DNA from: Octopus vulgaris
Lineage: Eukaryota
Direction: 5' to 3'
Assembly: GCA_951406725.2 (NCBI GenBank)
Contig: OX597817.1
Coordinates: 94,488,001 to 94,552,000 of the forward strand
Length of the DNA stretch: 64,000 bases
This document shows positions 15,346-27,080 of this stretch, piece by piece (the first letter of the stretch is position 1; every line of letters begins with the position of its first letter). The notes beneath the pieces are model-generated. The model saw only the letters and a list, made by a program, of their open reading frames with translations. It made no database searches and was not told the DNA's origin. The position numbers were made by a program, and so were the translations under genes.

Positions 15346-17389
15346 TAACAACAAACAAGATGATGACAAATATCCGTCGAATGTAAATAATGTAAATAAT
15401 GTACATAATTCCTCATCTCTTAAATATAGAACCAAATTATTTACCTGGTAATTTTGAGTTATCGCTCGCTGATAATCAACCTCAGCTTGTTTCATAATTT
15501 CTATTCCGCGACTCCTATCTGACAATGTTCCAGTATATACTCACCCCAAGCTCTTGGTGGGTTCTTCTTTGCTGGAATGCTTTCTTCAGCTATTCGAAAC
15601 CTAATTTCCTTCTGCACTCCCTTAACAAATGTCAGACTATGCGACGCGACTTTTTGCTCTAAACCGCATTCTTGACCTCCTCCCAAGCTCATCTAGAGGA
15701 CTCTGCATGATTTACTTGTCTGTTGACGTAAGTGTCACGTCATCCATGAAGGCTTCTTAGGCGATTGTACATGGGCGATTTGTTCCGAAAAATCTACTGC
15801 TTTCAAAATCCTCTCCGTGACCAAGATATTGTGCAGCCAGCAGCAATGCCAGTCTCCAATCGGTGCCAATCTGCTGTAAAATCTCCAGCTGTAAACCTCA
15901 TCTCGAAACTGTCATAATATAGCCTCATTAATTTGGTTACTTTGTCTGGAATGTGGAAGTGGCCCATGGCTCTCATAAGTAATTCGTGTGGCACTGAACC
16001 ATATACATTAGCTAGGTCAAGCTAAACCACGTTCAGACTTCTCTTGTTCTGTTTAGCATCCTGGATCGCTTTCCAAATCGAAAAACAATGTTCAACGCAT
16101 CCAGGGATCCCAGGGATTCCCGCCTTTTGAACAGATTCATCAACATATCCATTACTCTGTAAACATATCACTGTTCTCCTCGAGAGAATTCCCATAAAGA
16201 TCTTGCCTTCCACATTCAATTAGGATATCGGTCTAAACTGTTTTAGTCTCGGTATTGGCCTCCTTCGGCAGGTGTATGCCTTCTGCCTTACACTAATCCT
16301 CTACTAGAGTCTCTTCGTGCCACACCTGTCGGAGTAGGATAAAGAGCTTCTTTCGCGGACGATTGCAATATTTGTATACTTTATACGAGACGTCATCACA
16401 TCCTGGGGCACTCTTTACTCTAGCTTTTCTCACAAAATCACTCACCTCTTTCTCCCTGATGTTCCCAATTTCAAATTCGATATCAGGTTCTAAGAGATGC
16501 TTTAACCCATTTAGAGGTGGATGTGGCTGGTTACGATGCGGATCGCTGGAGGTTTCTTTGATATGAGCGTCCAATTCTTCTTTCGTGCACGATAAAGTGC
16601 CACTCTTCGGTTCAGTGAACAGTTCCTTGAAACTCCGTACGGGTCCTTCAGAAACTGACACCGAGTCCTTTTACTTTCTTTTAGTAGCTCATATCGCCGG
16701 ATATGTCGTTGCACATAACGGCATTTTCTTTTCAAATCGTCGTACAGCATCGCGGGCCAGGCTTTCCGTCTTCTACAGCACATTTCCATCACTTTCTGAG
16801 GTTGGTCTTTTCCTTCCTTAATTGCTTCATTTTCCTGATCCCCCTACTTGGTCCACACTTTCCTTTAGCTAATCGGATACGATCTTTCGCTCCAAATAAT
16901 TCCTTTCCTGTATCGTATATTGAGCTTGTTAATTTTCCCAGTTCCTCCACTGTAGAGCCTGTCATTTTATAAAGAGCTCGACATACCTTGTTTTCAAACT
17001 CTTTATATTTTCCTTTCTTATTAGCAGCAAGCCACAGAACGCTCGGTTTCCTCGGAGTACTATCTGATGCACCAGTTTCATAACCTGCAGTTTCCTGTTG
17101 GGAGGAGGTCTTTGCAGTAGCATTTATCGATCCGCTGTGGTTTGAGTCCTGGGATGATTTGCCACGTGTTTTACGATCAGATGATCCCCACTGCTCTGTC
17201 CTCTTCTTACAAGTCTTTCCTTGATGTATTTTCAAGCTTCTCTCCGTTGCAAAGGTCATACAGCACAGCTTGCATCCAAAGTTGTTTGCACTTCGTTCGC
17301 TGTTCAAGGTCATTTCCGTGTTAACTGGGTTTGACTGATTCTCGGCTCCCCACTCTCGGTCAATTATAGAGCTGTCATTCTCATTGAGA

Positions 17390-17712
17390 GCTTGCTGATA
17401 CAGATTGATAAGATATCATCGGGTTAGCTGTTTGTACCAATACCCAAAAGTCAAGTCTCTTCCAGGTGCTTTTCCATCCTGAGGTTTCTGGATCACGGTT
17501 ACAAGGGTATCACCATCAATACTGTAAGCCTTTGGTGTAATGCGGGGCAATAACTTCTTCGGATTTCTTCCGGTCACAGAGCATCTTGGTTAAACTCCTC
17601 TTCACTCCAGATTTTACCCCAGAAAGAGTCTATGTCTTCTCGAGTAGGAGCTTCTGTGATATTCACCGCTTCTCCTTTTATGCCTCTGTATACTGCTGCC
17701 TGGTTCCTGTTA
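17390..17712 (-). mobile_element. R4/Dong-type pre-RT fragment
   Basis: Manual translation with frameshifts: NQAAVYRGIKG...PTREDIDSFWGKIW...KAPGRDLTFGYWYKQL. Confidence 0.6.
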
Positions 17713-17817
17713 ATGTTTTGTATGTATGTATGTTATGTATGTATGTTATGTATGTTATGTATGTATGTAATGTATGTATATATGTATGTATGTATGTATG
17801 TTTGTATGTATGTATGT

Positions 17818-18308
17818 AGTTGAATGTCCAAACATGCTCATATATACTTAAAGGATAAACTTCTGGAAAGTTTTACAGATTTTTACAGTTTTAGTGATGG
17901 ATTGGATCTGTAGTCTTCGAATTAGCTTTCTCCATCTAGATTTTGAGAAACCTAATTCCTCAAGATTGGTATTTAGGCAATGTGTTACATATCTCATTGT
18001 CCCAGTAATTACAGGTATAAACTTGAACTTGTAATCTGGATAGAGTAGCTGTAGATTCCCCAATAATTCAGTGTATTTTCTTTTTTCACTGATCTTTAGT
18101 TTTATGCTAACAGCCGCAGGGCAGCTGATTTACACAACTGTATATAGCTTCTCTTCTCTATCTCAAATTATTATGTCAAATCTATTGTTTACATTTTATT
18201 GAGGTTTTCACTGGGACATTTCACCAGTATTCCTTTTTATTATGAGTGGTTATGGTTTCTTATTTCTTTGACCGCGGGGTTATCCTTCCAACGGATCTCG
18301 TTATAGTG
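17818..18308 (-). mobile_element. R4/Dong-type RLE 3' fragment between (CATA)n tracts
   Basis: KEYW.NVPVKT...VVxISCP...LQLLYPDYKFKFIPVITG...KTVKICKTF. Confidence 0.8.
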
Positions 18309-18344
18309 TATGTATGTGTGTATGTATGTATGTATGTATGTATG

Positions 18345-18374
<30 letters not shown>

Positions 18375-18375
<1 letters not shown>

Positions 18376-18572
18376 TTCGACAGGAGGACTTAAACGACAT
18401 TCAAAGGTACATGAAGCCCAGTTACAACTACAGCCGGCTATTACCAGTAAAGAAATTTTGTACAATACATTGTAGATCTTTAGCTGGGCTAAAAAGTGAC
18501 ATTCGATCACAGCACCAGTAACAGTTAAGCTTCGTGCAATGGCCATACTCGATAACGAGGGGGCAGCCATAA
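18375..18572 (+). mobile_element. RTE 3' terminal fragment
   Basis: [12 protein letters not shown] zinc-finger remnant; terminal stem-loop ctcgataacgag followed by ggcagccat. Confidence 0.6.
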
Positions 18573-19577
18573 TGTATGTATGTATGTATGTATGTGTGTG
18601 TGTGTGTGTGTATTATACAACAGGGTTATTTCAGTATCCATCCACCAAGTTCATTTACAAGGCTTTGGTTGGTCTGTGGCCAAATAGAAGACATTAACTG
18701 AAAGTGGTTGAGAAGCAAACTTCTTAATCACACACCATGCCTGTGCCTATACGAATATAACGAAAGTATTTTGAGACGTTTTTCAGTCAGAGCTAAATTA
18801 TTTCTTGAGAAAGCAATTAATTTCCACACACGACCTTGTAAAACACAAGAGGTGGATTTTAGTTTTATTCACAAAAGTGAGAACCGTACATTACGGATAA
18901 ATTTTACCTAAATAAGGAATCGATGTATCACCTGGATCTCTGGATGGCGGACAGAAATTTCTTTATGAAAATATGCCACTCAATGATTTTCATATCCATA
19001 TTTATCACCAGGGTGTTGAACGAAATATCAAACTAGACACGAAACTCAGTAATGTAAGATTCTACAAAAGTAGCAACTCAGTCAGCGTCAATAAAACGCC
19101 ATGGAAGTTTCTTGTAAAGACGCATGCTAAATCAGATTTATTAACGTGATTTACATTGGAAAAGAACGTAAAATTAATGAACAGGAAATTATAAATGTAA
19201 ACTTAGTTACATCTTAATTAAAATTTGGCATGTTAATGGTGACGTCGTATGTAGGCATGAAGTCTGTGATATATAAGCAGAAGGAACGGTTCGGAAATAT
19301 TTAAGTTTCTCAAACGGAACATTTTGCAAAATAATGATTTATAATATGAATATCTAAAAGAGATGACAAGGGTGGGGTTGTAGAGATTAAATTCGTTAAA
19401 TTACTTTTCCTCTTACTGGAATCTGAATTCCTTTTCCGCCGTCGTTCACTTCATGTTTCTTCTCCCCGAGGTCAAACGAATATGTACCAGTAATAGGCGA
19501 TTGGGCTCTACTCCATTGTCAGTATTTTCTTAACAAAAATACCAATGTCTATATCATTCCACAATGTGAAGTAACTA

Positions 19578-19818
19578 ATATATTTATTCCTTTATTGCCC
19601 ACAGAGGGCTAAACATAGAGGGGACAAACAAGGACAGACAAAGGGATTAAGTTGATTACATCGATCCCAGTGCGTAACTGGTACTTATTTAATCAACTAC
19701 GAAAGAATGAAATGCAAAGTCGACCTCAGGGGTATTTGAACTCAGAACGTAACGGCAGATGAAATACCACTAAGCATTTCGCCCGGAGTGCTAACGATTC
19801 TGCCAGCTCGCCGCCCTT
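19578..19818 (-). mobile_element. SINE family B
   Basis: Homologous to 2834-3040. Confidence 0.8.
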
Positions 19819-20121
19819 AAATAACTAATATATTGAATATATGGGGTGAGAAGTGGTGACTTTGATGCCTTTCCGTATGTTGATATTGTACTATGAATGA
19901 TAGACTACTAGTAAGATTCAGAAATAGCTCTTAATCTTAATTTTCTGATTATTTTCAAAGTATAGCATTATACAACTAATTAAAATTCACAATGAAGTAA
20001 ATCATAATTAGTGCTAATTTATTCAGTAATCTTAATCAAGTTTCAGCTGCAAATCTAAATTGGATTAGAAAAGCGCCTGTCTGCTATGGTTAACTAAGCT
20101 TAACTAAGCTGAGGTTAGCTA

Positions 20122-20382
20122 GAGACATTAGTTTTTCACACTCTCTACACTTCAGTCAACTAAATAATATAGTTCGTACTAAGAATAGAATATAGAATTT
20201 GTCGGTTGTTCAGACTCAGCTAAGGTGACCTATGTGCCTTATAGTTTCTTACGAGACATTAGTTTTTCACACTCTCTACACTTCAGTCAACTAAATAATA
20301 TAGTTCGTACTAAGAATAGAAAAAAAATTTGTCGGTTGTTCAGACTCAGCTAAGGTGACCTATGTGCCTTATAGTTTCTTAC
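20122..20382. repeat. Tandem duplication, unit about 131 bp
   Basis: gagacattagtttttcacac...atagtttcttac occurs twice, nearly identical. Confidence 0.95.
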
Positions 20383-20749
20383 ATTATCTAAACTGAACTC
20401 AGTTATGCAGCCAACAGTTTTTCACACTGACTGGTCGAAGGTCATTTATAGGCCTTCTAGTTTCCCCTGCTGACTTAATTCCACTTAAGAATATAAAATC
20501 TATAGTCGCACTACTAACTCAATAATAGGCCATGTTATTAATGCAACAAATATTTTTAGAAATGTTTTTCTGAGAAATCTGGCCTAATTAGTGCAGTGAA
20601 TTAATTCAGTAAATTAAAATGCCGCTATAATGATGAGAAAAAAAACATAAACATAATGAGTTATGTTAAATAAATCTGGTCAACACAAATGAGTGACAAC
20701 TCTATAACTAAACACCAACTTTATCGACGGTGTCATGTCAATGTAAACA

Positions 20750-21256
20750 TTACAAAAACGAAGTGCCACCAAATTGTATAAATTGAACTTGATTCAAGCT
20801 TGCGTCCTCGTTGCAAAGCCGACGAACGATGTATTCACTGTTTCTATATGCTTCAAACTGACCGAAGTGACTTCGTATCAGAAGTTTCTCGAGTATATGA
20901 CATTGATAAGCAGCATTGACGGTGAATTTTTCATCAGTCCCTTTCGCGATAGATTCCGGGACGACTCGGTTTCGTCTAGCTCTGAAGAATATGTCTTTAA
21001 AAGGACCTTTTCAGAAACCCCTGCAGCTTCTGTCAATATATATTCTTTAAGTAAATTTGTGTGTGTGTGGGTGCGTGTGTGTGTATGTGTGCGTGTAGGC
21101 GGGGCTGAATTCACATATATTTATATATTGTTTGTTCTTCTTGGTATCTTGCTCCAAATAAACGCTGATACCACAGACATTATGATCAAAGACATTCCAA
21201 CTATGATCATCTCGTCTTTTTAGACTATCTAGGACTACACTGTGTGCCTTTGACAT
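20750..21256 (-). pseudogene. Orphan intronless reading frame (169 codons, two in-frame stops), product unknown
   Basis: MSKAHSVVLDSL...KFT*RIYIDRSCRGF*KGPFKDIFFRARR...IQFGGTSFL* in a single frame. Confidence 0.45.
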
Positions 21257-21302
21257 TTTATGACGGTGGAATGATTTGAAAGATAAGTAACTACTATTTA
21301 TA
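21257..21302 (-). promoter_or_regulatory. TATA box and initiator
   Basis: TATAAATA starts 30 nt upstream of the A in TCATTC; AAAATG follows 16 nt later. Confidence 0.55.
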
Positions 21303-21454
21303 GCAGGTTAAAAAGCCGGTGTCTCGTCAGCCATTAGGTATAATAAAATGAAGTAACAATAGCTGTTTATATTTACCGTCACCTATTGTTATCTGTGGAA
21401 AATAGTTACACCTGGGTGTTATATATGTGTTTGTGTATGCGTGTATGTGTGTAG

Positions 21455-21486
<32 letters not shown>

Positions 21487-21506
21487 TGTGTGTATGTGTG
21501 TGTGTG

Positions 21507-21800
21507 AAAGCGCATGGCTCAGTGCTTAGGGCGTCGAGCTCATGATCGTGAGGTTGTTAGTTCGAATCCCGGACCGAGCTGCGTCTTGTCTTCTTGAGCA
21601 AGACACTTTATTTCACGTTGCTTCAATTCACTCAGCTGTAGAAATGTGTTGCAATGTCACAGGTGCCAAGCTGTATCGGCCTTTGCCTTTGCCTTGGATA
21701 ACACTGGTGGCGTAGAGAGGGGAGGCCGGTATGCATGGGCGGCTGCTGAGGGTAACTTTCTAGGTGCAATCCCATGGTCAGTCATGACCGAAGGGGGTCT
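21507..21800 (+). mobile_element. tRNA-derived SINE, family C, with RTE-like tail
   Basis: tggctcagtgcttag (A box), gttcgaatccc (B box), ttgagcaagacactt core, catggtcagtcatgaccgaagg tail. Confidence 0.75.
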
Positions 21801-21825
21801 CAGCAGATATATATATATACATATA

Positions 21826-22164
<339 letters not shown>

Positions 22165-22165
22165 C

Positions 22166-22768
22166 AAACGTCAGGTAAGGGTCCTTGAACGTTTTCATCA
22201 GAGATGTCTCAGACAAATTCTCAATGTTGGCTGGACCTCAAAAATTCCAGACACACATATCCTGAGGACAGCTGATATCTTGAGTATAGAGGCGATGGTG
22301 CACAAGCACCGGTTGCGTTGGACTGGACACCTTATTAGAATGAAGGATAGAAGGATTCCTAAGCAGATGCTCTATGGAGAACTTGTGAATGGAAGGAGAA
22401 ACCAAGGCTGCAATTTAAGGACTGTGTCAAGTCCTCATTAAAGGCCTGTGATATGCAGGACACTGACTGGGAGAACAATGCCTGTCATCGCCACAGATGG
22501 AGGAAGCAGGTTAAGGAGGGGATCGACACTTTTGAGAGAGCACGTATCCAGTATGAATAATTTAAGCGAGCTGCGCGAAAGCGCACGGCTCGTATAGTGA
22601 ATGGGGAAAGCTTGGTCTGCAATGTTTGCAGCTGTGTATGCTTGTCAAGAGCAGGGCTCATTAGCCACCAACGGAGTCGCAAATGCAAAATATAAGTTAG
22701 TCCTAGAGCGCACAATGTTCCTGAAGGTCGGCAACTGTCTTTCTCGGTCACGAGTGGACGGCCATCAT
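22166..22768 (+). mobile_element. RTE 3' fragment inserted in (TA)n
   Basis: [13 protein letters not shown]...RLRWTGHLIRMKDRRIPKQMLYGEL; terminal ctcggtcacgag stem. Confidence 0.88.
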
Positions 22769-22771
22769 ATA

Positions 22772-22845
<74 letters not shown>

Positions 22846-22867
22846 CATACATACATACATACATACA

Positions 22868-22900
<33 letters not shown>

Positions 22901-23301
22901 GTATGCACCCGTATATAGAAACCTATATATATATATATATATGCATATAAATCTGTATACGTATAAATGCCTATATAAATATGTGTGTGTGTGTGTGTGC
23001 GTATAGGTGAATGGATATGTGTGCTTGCGTATGCGTTTAAATGTATGTGAGCGAATGAAAGAGCGTGTCTCTCTCACTGTGAATGGGCGTGTGTGTGTGT
23101 AAGAGTTCGTGAGTGATTGAATGACTATGTCCATATATATATATATTTTATTTATTTATATATATATATTTTATTTTATTTTATTTATATTTCCTGAGCG
23201 CCATACTAATACAATTGTTTGTTTGTATTCCACCTGCCTTCGTCTTTTGTTTATTTCCGTAAACCTGCCTTCGTCTTTTGTCTATTTTCATAAAGCTTCC
23301 C

Positions 23302-23335
<34 letters not shown>

Positions 23336-23741
23336 GTTTGACTCCCACGCGGGTAGGAAAGCATTCTTTTTTCCTGTCGAGGGCTTATATATCCTTTTAT
23401 TAGACTATTTTCTTTAATCATTGCAAAGTGATCGCCTTAACCTTGAAGTTTATATAAAAATACCATTATTATTATTTACAGTCAAAAGCGCGCAAAACCA
23501 TACCGCCTACACTTTAAACAGTCACGTGACCACAATGAATTATATTTTTCGTCTTGCCTTGCAAAACCGGAGATTGGTGTTTTAATTTGGCGTCGTACGA
23601 GAAATTATCTGAATGCAGTCTTTCGTTCGTAACAATATATATATATAAATTACTATATAAATAGGGATAAGATCGTTATTTAAATAACAATCAAATCAAA
23701 GAAGAAAAATCCTTACAGGCTATGAGTACTATTAAAATTAT

Positions 23742-24138
23742 AAATAAGGGTATCTAAGAGATAGCACCATGCTTGAAATAGCAGTCAAAACCTGACTCTA
23801 AAACCACATCATGTACTTAATACAGTACAAGGTGAAAAAACAAATACAAATAAACTAGTGAAAATTGGACCCTGGGCTTACGGCACTGTATAAAAATATT
23901 TTGCCTTCGTCAATGAAATATACAGAAAATCGCACATAATATATGGTATATTTCACTGCCGAAAGCAAAGTATTTTTATACAGAGACAGAAACCCAGGGT
24001 TTGGAATTATCCAATTTTCACTAGTTTATTTATCTATTTGTCTTTTTATCCCGTGCTGTATTGAATACATGATGTGGTTTTAGACTCAGGCTTTGACTGC
24101 TATTTCAAGCCTGGCGGTATCTCCTAGATCCCCTTATA
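23742..24138. repeat. Diverged hairpin of inverted PLE-type termini, decayed hammerheads near the apex
   Basis: Arms 23742-23923 and 23946-24138; arm consensus ca ctgacga aggca...tgcc gaaa ccc. Confidence 0.75.
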
Positions 24139-24154
24139 TCTATCTATCTATCAA

Positions 24155-24201
<47 letters not shown>

Positions 24202-24699
24202 TGGCTAAAATAAGTTTAAGACCGATGATGACAGTTCTGTTCCTTCATTAATTTATTTTTAATAAAACTGTATCAAATTATTTTACTTTTTACTGCAAAT
24301 GTAGAATTTGTTTCTCTTACGAATGATATAAGCATTATATATATTTCTACAATTTGAATTGAATAATTTTAATGCGCAATTGATTCAAACGATTAGAAAT
24401 TGTCGGCAAAATAAGTTCCCAACATTATTTTGTTTAAATTGAAAATTTACGGCACAAACAATCAACGAACAAAAATTTGTTATTAGAATCTAGTTCCATA
24501 GTCATTATTTTCAATTACGGTCTAACAACGGCGGGGCATGGAGTTCGACAAATGAGTACAAAACTCATTTGGAATGTTCTGCCATATTTCTTCAATAAAA
24601 TTATATAATTGTATAAAATTATATAATTCAATAAAATTGGTTTTTTAGAAACATAATTCCATAAATTTTCTAATTTATTTTGTTAAAAACAATTTTATT

Positions 24700-26395
24700 T
24701 GCCGTAGACAGTCTTGTGCTAGGCTGTTTTCCCACTTGTGGTGAAACCTACAAAAAAAAAGAAATCTTTTTTACAAAAAACAAGAAAAATCACCAACCAA
24801 AGCCAAATGTTTGAATCATTGACCAAGTACCACGAATTACGGACCAAGTTTCAATACAACTGTTCTTCTACGGAATTAAGGAGTATACTTACAGTGGAGG
24901 AGTTTATTAAAGGAAAAAACTTTGCACAAGCCACGGAGTTAAGAAAAGAGACATGGCGTATGGAAAAGAAGAACTTGTCCAAATTTAAAGAAATGTTACA
25001 AAGGGAGGGAGCGAAGTTAAAGTGGCCTCTCCCAGTGAAGTCTCCCTCAAAGCGCTGTTATTTACAAACATTTATCATAAAATCGAAAAAACTGGACATA
25101 GATGAAGTGGAACGCTATCTAAGACCCGTTTGGGATGACATATAGTTTGTAACTAGAGGTTTGTAACCATAGAAATATGGTTTCGATCCGAGGAGAAAGT
25201 CAAGAAGGTGTCCACCAGTTCGTTAAAAACGACAGAAATCGTATTCCTGCCCACATATCTCGGAAGACGTACTTTCAGGATCTGAGTGGGAGATATACCA
25301 CCAGAGATGGACCCTGCTTTGCTGATAGCGGCAATTACAACAAAATTATGATCATGGAGGACAAAATTATGATCATCCAGGTACAATTCATGGATTCTCA
25401 GCACTGGCAGGGGCAGAGACTCGAATTACTAATTCAGGTGGTCCCTGAAGATTTGGAAAGAATCATTGAAACAATTCAGGTGGGGTAAGTGCGACTGCGT
25501 GCGATGGTCGAAGCCTCGATGCTTTAAATGTGACCAAAAGGCCACATAAGATCGGAGTGCGAACCTCTCCAGAAAAGGAATCCCCACCTGAAAAAGAACC
25601 AGAAAAGGCTAAAGAAGGGAAAGCGAAATATAAGAGTCCGAGACGGAGAGCGATAAGGACGTCGAAGGGGTGTGAAAAAAAGAGCTAAAGAAAAAGAAAA
25701 GAATCTGTCCCTCCTCAATAGTCCTACAGCAAAAAAAAAAGAGAGAAATCACTACCAGAACCAGAAAGAAATGCTCAACACAAGTCCGACCCATCCCGCA
25801 CACATATAGCGGCAATAGCCGCTAGAAATGACAATTTTGTTTTAGAACTTCGTAATACAGACGATACACACGATTTAACCCAGAAATATGAACATAGGAC
25901 ACCCAATGGAATTCTTATTTTTTCTATGACCAGAGACAATTATAACAAATTTAAAAATAAATGCAGTTAAGATATGGGGCCCTTGAAGTTGGGCTTTTCC
26001 TCACAGATGTTAGAGGGCCTCATGGATATGCGCAAGCCTCGGAGGAAGAAGAGGAAGAGGGGGGTAGATAACTGAATTCTTTCATGGACACTCTTAATGG
26101 TGGATGTATAAATGTATGCGGCCTCAGGTCGACGCGGAAACAAGCCCGTTTCCTATATGACCTCAGGTCGCTCCGTTTGCGAAAGAGGTCGTGTGGAAGA
26201 CCCGTGTGAAAGGTATTGTCACATGCACTTTCATCTCCAGCCTTGGTTTGGTGAGATTCTTATCCCTCCACCTAAAAATGAGGATGAGGGTGGAGGAGTG
26301 CCTGTCGCCGTATGTATACAAGAAAAGATGGAAAATTGTAGTAAGAATGGTAGGAGTGAACATTTCCAATTAAGGATGTCCTGAATGTCTTCCCA
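24700..26395 (+). mobile_element. Internally deleted Tx1/L1 LINE (ORF1 plus both ends of ORF2)
   Basis: ORF1 FVTRG...IEIWF...FLPTYLGRR...GDIPP...GHIRSEC; ORF2 start at 26084 MDTLNGGCINVCGLRSTRKQ; ORF2 end AKEVVWKTRVKG...KKRW at 26373. Confidence 0.75.
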
Positions 26396-26402
26396 AAAGT
26401 AG

Positions 26403-27080
26403 CAGTGGCGGACCGGGGCTGGCGGGGCCGAAATCGGACCACGTTCCCCACTTCATTGTTTTTTTGGACTGTTTCTCATTCGAACTTTTAACAATATTTT
26501 TAAGATTGTTATTCGATTGTTCATATTTATATTTTTCATATCGGACCCAATTCACTATATCGTCCTTTCTATGTTTAGCTCCCTGTGGGCAATAAAGAAT
26601 TAATTCTGTACTGGGAGACGAGTAGTTGGTGATGTGAGTTTTGGTGCTGGGAGCTGAGTGACGGCAGCCGATGTGTGGGTCGATGTGAGGCAGCTGATGT
26701 GTAGGTCGATGCAAGGCGGCCGATGTTGGACAATTTCGTATGGAATAATTGACAGTATTTGATGACGAGGAAGTTTGGCATCAGGAAATAAGTCGGATCG
26801 ATGCAACGGTGAGTGTGGGTCGGTTAATGTGAACAGTGATATTTTGCTGCGCGGAGAATGGTTTTAAGTCGATTCGATGCGACGATGAATGTGAGTCGGT
26901 TAATGTGAACAGTGGTATCTTTGCAAGGTGGACGGTTTTGAACTTGCTGCGAAAATGATGTGAAATTGGCAACCGTGAACGGTACCGTGATTTTGGAAGT
27001 AACAACAAAGTCCAGAATCTGCAAAATTATTTGTAACAGGTTTAACATATTTAATTAACATCCACTTTCCACGAGGTACA
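26403..27080. mobile_element. Possible hAT-type transposon end
   Basis: Begins cagtggcggaccggggc; internal short repeats; no second TIR seen. Confidence 0.35.

Larger units (their letters stand above)
14053..15430 (-). mobile_element. Penelope-like element (RT and GIY-YIG) with inverted pLTR, nested in the HERO element
   Basis: RT GLVMGSPFSPAIVNIYMEYFE...RYVDD (15150-15280); GIY-YIG NCVYSIPCSC...ETCRSLKIRVEEH (14492-14767); 14053-14157 mirrors 15290-15405. Confidence 0.9.
12640..17390 (-). mobile_element. HERO-clade RLE non-LTR retrotransposon, near full length, decayed
   Basis: N-terminal zinc finger CKLC...HQGKTC; RT SVQKAGIPGIPGCVEH...DLANVYGSVPH, GIAAGCTIS, FMDD; CCHC CKCGKVGTLKHILSNC and RHN; RLE VEVGCRGF...KASHWIWLKR. 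Confidence 0.88.

Noticed and set aside
20774-21223. Plus-strand 149-aa ORF
   Set aside because: TTG start, crosses a microsatellite, and is antisense to the promoter-supported frame; not fully excluded
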